From contig CBDFKS010000004.1 of assembly GCA_965248905.1 (NCBI GenBank), forward strand, positions 14,759 to 78,758: DNA of 64,000 nt, given 5' to 3'. The translations under genes and the position numbers were made by a program. The stretch comes from Dehalococcoidia bacterium. Its GTDB lineage: Bacteria > Chloroflexota > Dehalococcoidia > Lucifugimonadales > JAGWBF01. Shown one piece after another: positions 61,229 to 64,000 of the stretch. Below the pieces are notes generated by a model. It ran no database searches. It was given only the letters and a program-made list of their open reading frames with translations, and was not told the DNA's origin. Position 1 is the first letter of the stretch. Each line of letters starts with the position of its first letter.

Positions 61229-62906
61229 TCAACCAATCATGTCGTAACTACGGAGCAGCTTGCCAGGCAGGGCCTCAGTGCACTTGTTCTCTTCAAAGGT
61301 AACAGTGCCATTTACCACTGTATATCGCAAACCGGTTGGCTTTTGAACCAGGCGGCGTTCTCCTCCGGGGAAGTCAGTGTGGAACACCGGTTTTTCGTAG
61401 AGAAAGCCCAACTCCTCCTGATTATAGACCATGACGTCAGCCCAGGCTCCGATACGAAGTGTGCCCCGGTCCTTAAGGTCCGCGACCCAAGCCGGGAGAG
61501 CACTAATCTTGTAATGGGCCTGCTCCAAACTTATCACCTCCCTGTCGCGGACCCAGTAGGCCAGGAGGTGCACGGGCCATACACTGTTAGTGAGAAACCT
61601 GGTATGGGCACCCCCGTCTGAGACGGAGACATGAACGTGGGGGCTCTTGATTCGAGGCTCGATGGTCTCGTCATCCTGAGTTCCCGCCGAATGGCTAAAC
61701 TGGGTCTCCAGATCTTCGTCCAGGGCAAGATCAAGGAAGACGTCCAAGGGGTCTTTACCGTCCGTCGCGGCAATGTCCTCGATGGTCATGCCCTCGTACT
61801 TGTAATTGCGGTCATGTACCGCTTCCAGGACCTTCATCTTGCTCCAGTCTGTACGAGGGTGAGGTCTGGCGAGCACATCTAGCTTCATGGCCTCCCTGAC
61901 ACCCGGTTCGCGTAGTTTAGCGGCCCTCTCCTCAGGGTCACCCACCCAAGGGCTGTACCCAACTGGGCATATAGTCGAACATGTTATATTCGGCAAGTTT
62001 GAACTCGGCATACGTATTGATGGGGGTTTGTTGGGCAACGACGGGGAGTCCCTGGGCACGCGATGACTGCACCCATTCAAAACCCTCTTCGTCGCCAGGG
62101 ATCACATGAAGGGGCCGACCACTAATTTTCATCATCTCCGTCAGCATCGCTCTCTGCTCTTCTTTGTCATCGGAGATTCCTATGGTCCATCCTATGTGTC
62201 CTACACCGAACTGGCCCAACACCTCCGCCAGCCCCAAAAACTCTTCACTGGACGCCACATGGCTGGGCAGCCAGCTACCATCCTCGGGCCGGTCCTCCTG
62301 GTTCTTATCAGCCGAAAATCCGAAGGCGCCAGCCACCATCCCCTGGTAGAACAACTCCTTCATCCTATTGAGCTCGGCCTCTGTCACTGAGGTACGCTCC
62401 CTCGCAGGTATCATACCGAGCACGTACCCTCGCAAAGGCGAGAAGGGAAATACCGCACCTACGTTCACGCCCAACCCCTGGCGGTCCAGGCTGTCCATAA
62501 ATTCTGGGAAGGTCTCCCAGTCCCAGCGCATGCCCTGCCTCATGGACTCCAAAGGAATGGCCTCTATTCGGTTCATCATTCGCATATTCAGGTCCCGGTC
62601 CTCTGGCCTGGTCGGCGCAAACCCAAATCCGCACTGCCCTATGGTCAGCGAAGTCACACCAAACCACCCGGACAGAGAGCAGTACGGGTCCCAGTTGAGC
62701 TGGGCGTCGTAGTGGGTGTGCAGGTCTATTGCTCCTGGAGCCACGATGCAGCCGCTGGCATCCAGCTCTCTGGAACCACCCGCACATATCTTGCCACTGA
62801 TCATAGCCACCCGGCCATTCTTAACAGCCAAGTCGGCTTTGTATCGGGGGACGCCGGTGCCATCTACGATGGTGCCGCCACGGATAACCAGGTCATACTC
62901 AGCCAT
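61229..62906 (-). pseudogene. D-aminoacylase-like amidohydrolase, paralog 3, interrupted by a 1-nt frameshift near 61941-61952
   Basis: The N-terminal part (to ..PSWVQPLGG*) and the C-terminal part (..VGDPEERAAKLREPGVREAMK..) are in different frames. Paralog 1 reads PSWVQPLIGDAEERLAKL. One extra G in cccttGGGtgggtgac explains the shift. Confidence 0.75.
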
Positions 62907-62959
62907 TACCTTTACCTCCTTGGCCACTTCTGCACTCATAAGATGGACTGCGATGGCTT

Positions 62960-62968
62960 AGTATACCA
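62960..62968 (-). promoter_or_regulatory. Extended -10 promoter TGGTATACT for paralog 3
   Basis: The reverse complement of agtatacca lies 54-62 nt upstream of ATG 62906, immediately downstream of the paralog 4 terminator. Confidence 0.5.
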
Positions 62969-62973
62969 AAAAG

Positions 62974-63007
62974 GAGAGAGGAGACCATAGCAATGGTCTC
63001 CTCTCTC
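62974..63007 (-). terminator. Rho-independent terminator of amidohydrolase paralog 4
   Basis: gagagaggagaccat-agca-atggtctcctctctc is a 15-bp stem, followed on the minus strand by CTTTTTGG. Confidence 0.85.
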
Positions 63008-63027
63008 AAACTCGCTGCTGCTCTGGA

Positions 63028-64000
63028 TTATTTGACCATGTCGTAGCTTCGGAGCAGTTTGCCGGGTAGAGCGCCCGTGCACTCGTTCCCCTCGAAAGTG
63101 ACTGTGCCGTTCACCAAGGTGTAGCGCAGTCCCGTGGGCTTCTGAATGTAGCGCCGCTCTTCGCCCGGAAAGTCGTTGGTATAGACGGGCCGTTCGTAGA
63201 GCATGCCAATCTCGTTCAGATCGTAGACCATAATGTCTGCCGCTAGACCAATCTGCAGCTTGCCACGGTCATGGAAGCTAGCGATCCAGGCAGGCAGGGT
63301 GCTGATCTTATAATGGGCCTGCTCCAGGCTCATTACCTCGTGGTCCCTCACCCAGTCGGACAGGAAGAAAATCGGCCAGTGGGCGCCGGTCTGATACCTG
63401 ACATGGGCGCCGCCGTCGGACAGGGAGACGTGGCTAAAGGGACTGCTGACACGGCTCGCCAGCTCCTCGGCAAAGGGGTCCTCGGGTCCTTGGGGCACGG
63501 AAAACTCGGTCTGCAGCTTCTCATCGATGGCAAGATCGAGGAAGGTGTCCACAGGGTGCTTGCCGAGCTGATCTGCCACCTCTTGAACGCTCAGTCCCTC
63601 GTATTTCTGATTCCGATCTTCTGTCGTCGTGAAGATAATCATCCGACTGAAATCGGTGCGATAGAGCTCGGGACTTACGCTGAGGGATATGCGATCGCGT
63701 AACTGCTGCCACTCCGCCTTCATGGCCTCCCTATTCTCCGGGTTCTGGAGCTTGGCCAGTCGCTCTTCCGCATCCCCTACCAACGGCTGAATCCAGCTGG
63801 CCATGATGTCGAAGAGGTTGTATTCTGCCAGCTTGAAGGTGCTTTGAGCCCTGACTACCTGGACCTGCTCGGTCACCGGATAACCCTGTGCTCGAACATC
63901 TTCCATCCACTGGTAGCTCTCCGGGCCGCCCAGAATCAACTGCAGGGGTCGGCCACAGACATCCATCATCTTGATCAGCAGGTCGTGCTGCTCAGGCCGG
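63028..64000 (-). CDS. D-aminoacylase-like amidohydrolase, paralog 4 (5' part beyond the window edge)
   Basis: The frame stays open to position 64000 (..RPEQHDLLIKMMDVCGRPLQLILGG aligns with ..RPQQHALLEKMMDACGRPMQLILGG of paralog 1). The C-terminal 320 aa are collinear with the other paralogs. Confidence 0.88.
   Translation of the reverse strand, partial: RPEQHDLLIKMMDVCGRPLQLILGGPESYQWMEDVRAQGYPVTEQVQVVRAQSTFKLAEYNLFDIMASWIQPLVGDAEERLAKLQNPENREAMKAEWQQLRDRISLSVSPELYRTDFSRMIIFTTTEDRNQKYEGLSVQEVADQLGKHPVDTFLDLAIDEKLQTEFSVPQGPEDPFAEELASRVSSPFSHVSLSDGGAHVRYQTGAHWPIFFLSDWVRDHEVMSLEQAHYKISTLPAWIASFHDRGKLQIGLAADIMVYDLNEIGMLYERPVYTNDFPGEERRYIQKPTGLRYTLVNGTVTFEGNECTGALPGKLLRSYDMVK

Noticed and set aside
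1-64000. Search for tRNA, rRNA, tmRNA or riboswitch-like elements in the intergenic gaps
   Set aside because: No T-arm-like (GGTTCGAATCC) or other recognisable RNA-gene signatures were seen in non-coding gaps. This was checked by eye only, so small ncRNAs cannot be excluded.

Overview
This is a densely coding bacterial window of roughly 55% GC by eye. I recognised no rRNA, tRNA or CRISPR array. It falls into five blocks.

(i) 1-3.5 kb: a lipoprotein gene, an IS3-family element, and a decayed PD-(D/E)xK-like gene next to the IS.

(ii) 3.5-8.4 kb, minus strand: a GatC-like mini-ORF followed by three tandem paralogous amidase-signature enzymes. Nested-hairpin REP-like repeats sit in the two gaps between the amidases.

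(iii) 8.6-49.3 kb: a surface-glycan island of about 40 kb, almost entirely co-directional.
- It opens with a wHTH (MarR/EPS-like) regulator and a NusG/RfaH-type paralog.
- It encodes a complete CMP-Kdo pathway: kdsB, kdsA and kdsC, with kpsF/kdsD about 20 kb further on.
- It has a non-canonical pseudaminic-acid-like nonulosonate module: PseB, a NeuB/PseI-type synthase, PseG, an SpsF-type cytidylyltransferase fused to a class-III aminotransferase, a Gfo/Idh/MocA oxidoreductase and a stand-alone formyltransferase domain.
- It also carries wecB/wecC, six SAM methyltransferases (one frameshifted), a radical SAM/SPASM enzyme, and GT2/GT4 glycosyltransferases.
- Three large uncharacterised proteins share an HP-motif C-terminal module and are candidate CMP-ulosonate transferases.
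- The remaining genes include an Asp-box propeller protein, one MsbA/PglK-like ABC exporter, and orphans in an AT-richer core.

(iv) 49.4-57 kb: redox and catabolic genes (GDPD, ThDP enzyme, aminotransferase, FAD oxidase, F420-type DDN, LLM oxidoreductase) with long-hairpin intergenic repeats.

(v) 57.2-64 kb, minus strand: four tandem paralogous D-aminoacylase-like amidohydrolases. The three whose upstream regions lie in the window each have an extended -10 promoter, and three of the four have a hairpin terminator. One copy is frameshifted and the last is cut by the window edge.

Gene content, paralog arrays and repeat types suggest a Chloroflexota-like (SAR202-like) genome. That is inference only.

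The most promising candidate for something new is the dual ulosonic-acid (Kdo plus Pse-like) glycan system: its unassigned HP-motif transferase candidates, the rSAM and methyltransferase tailoring block, and control by a NusG paralog.
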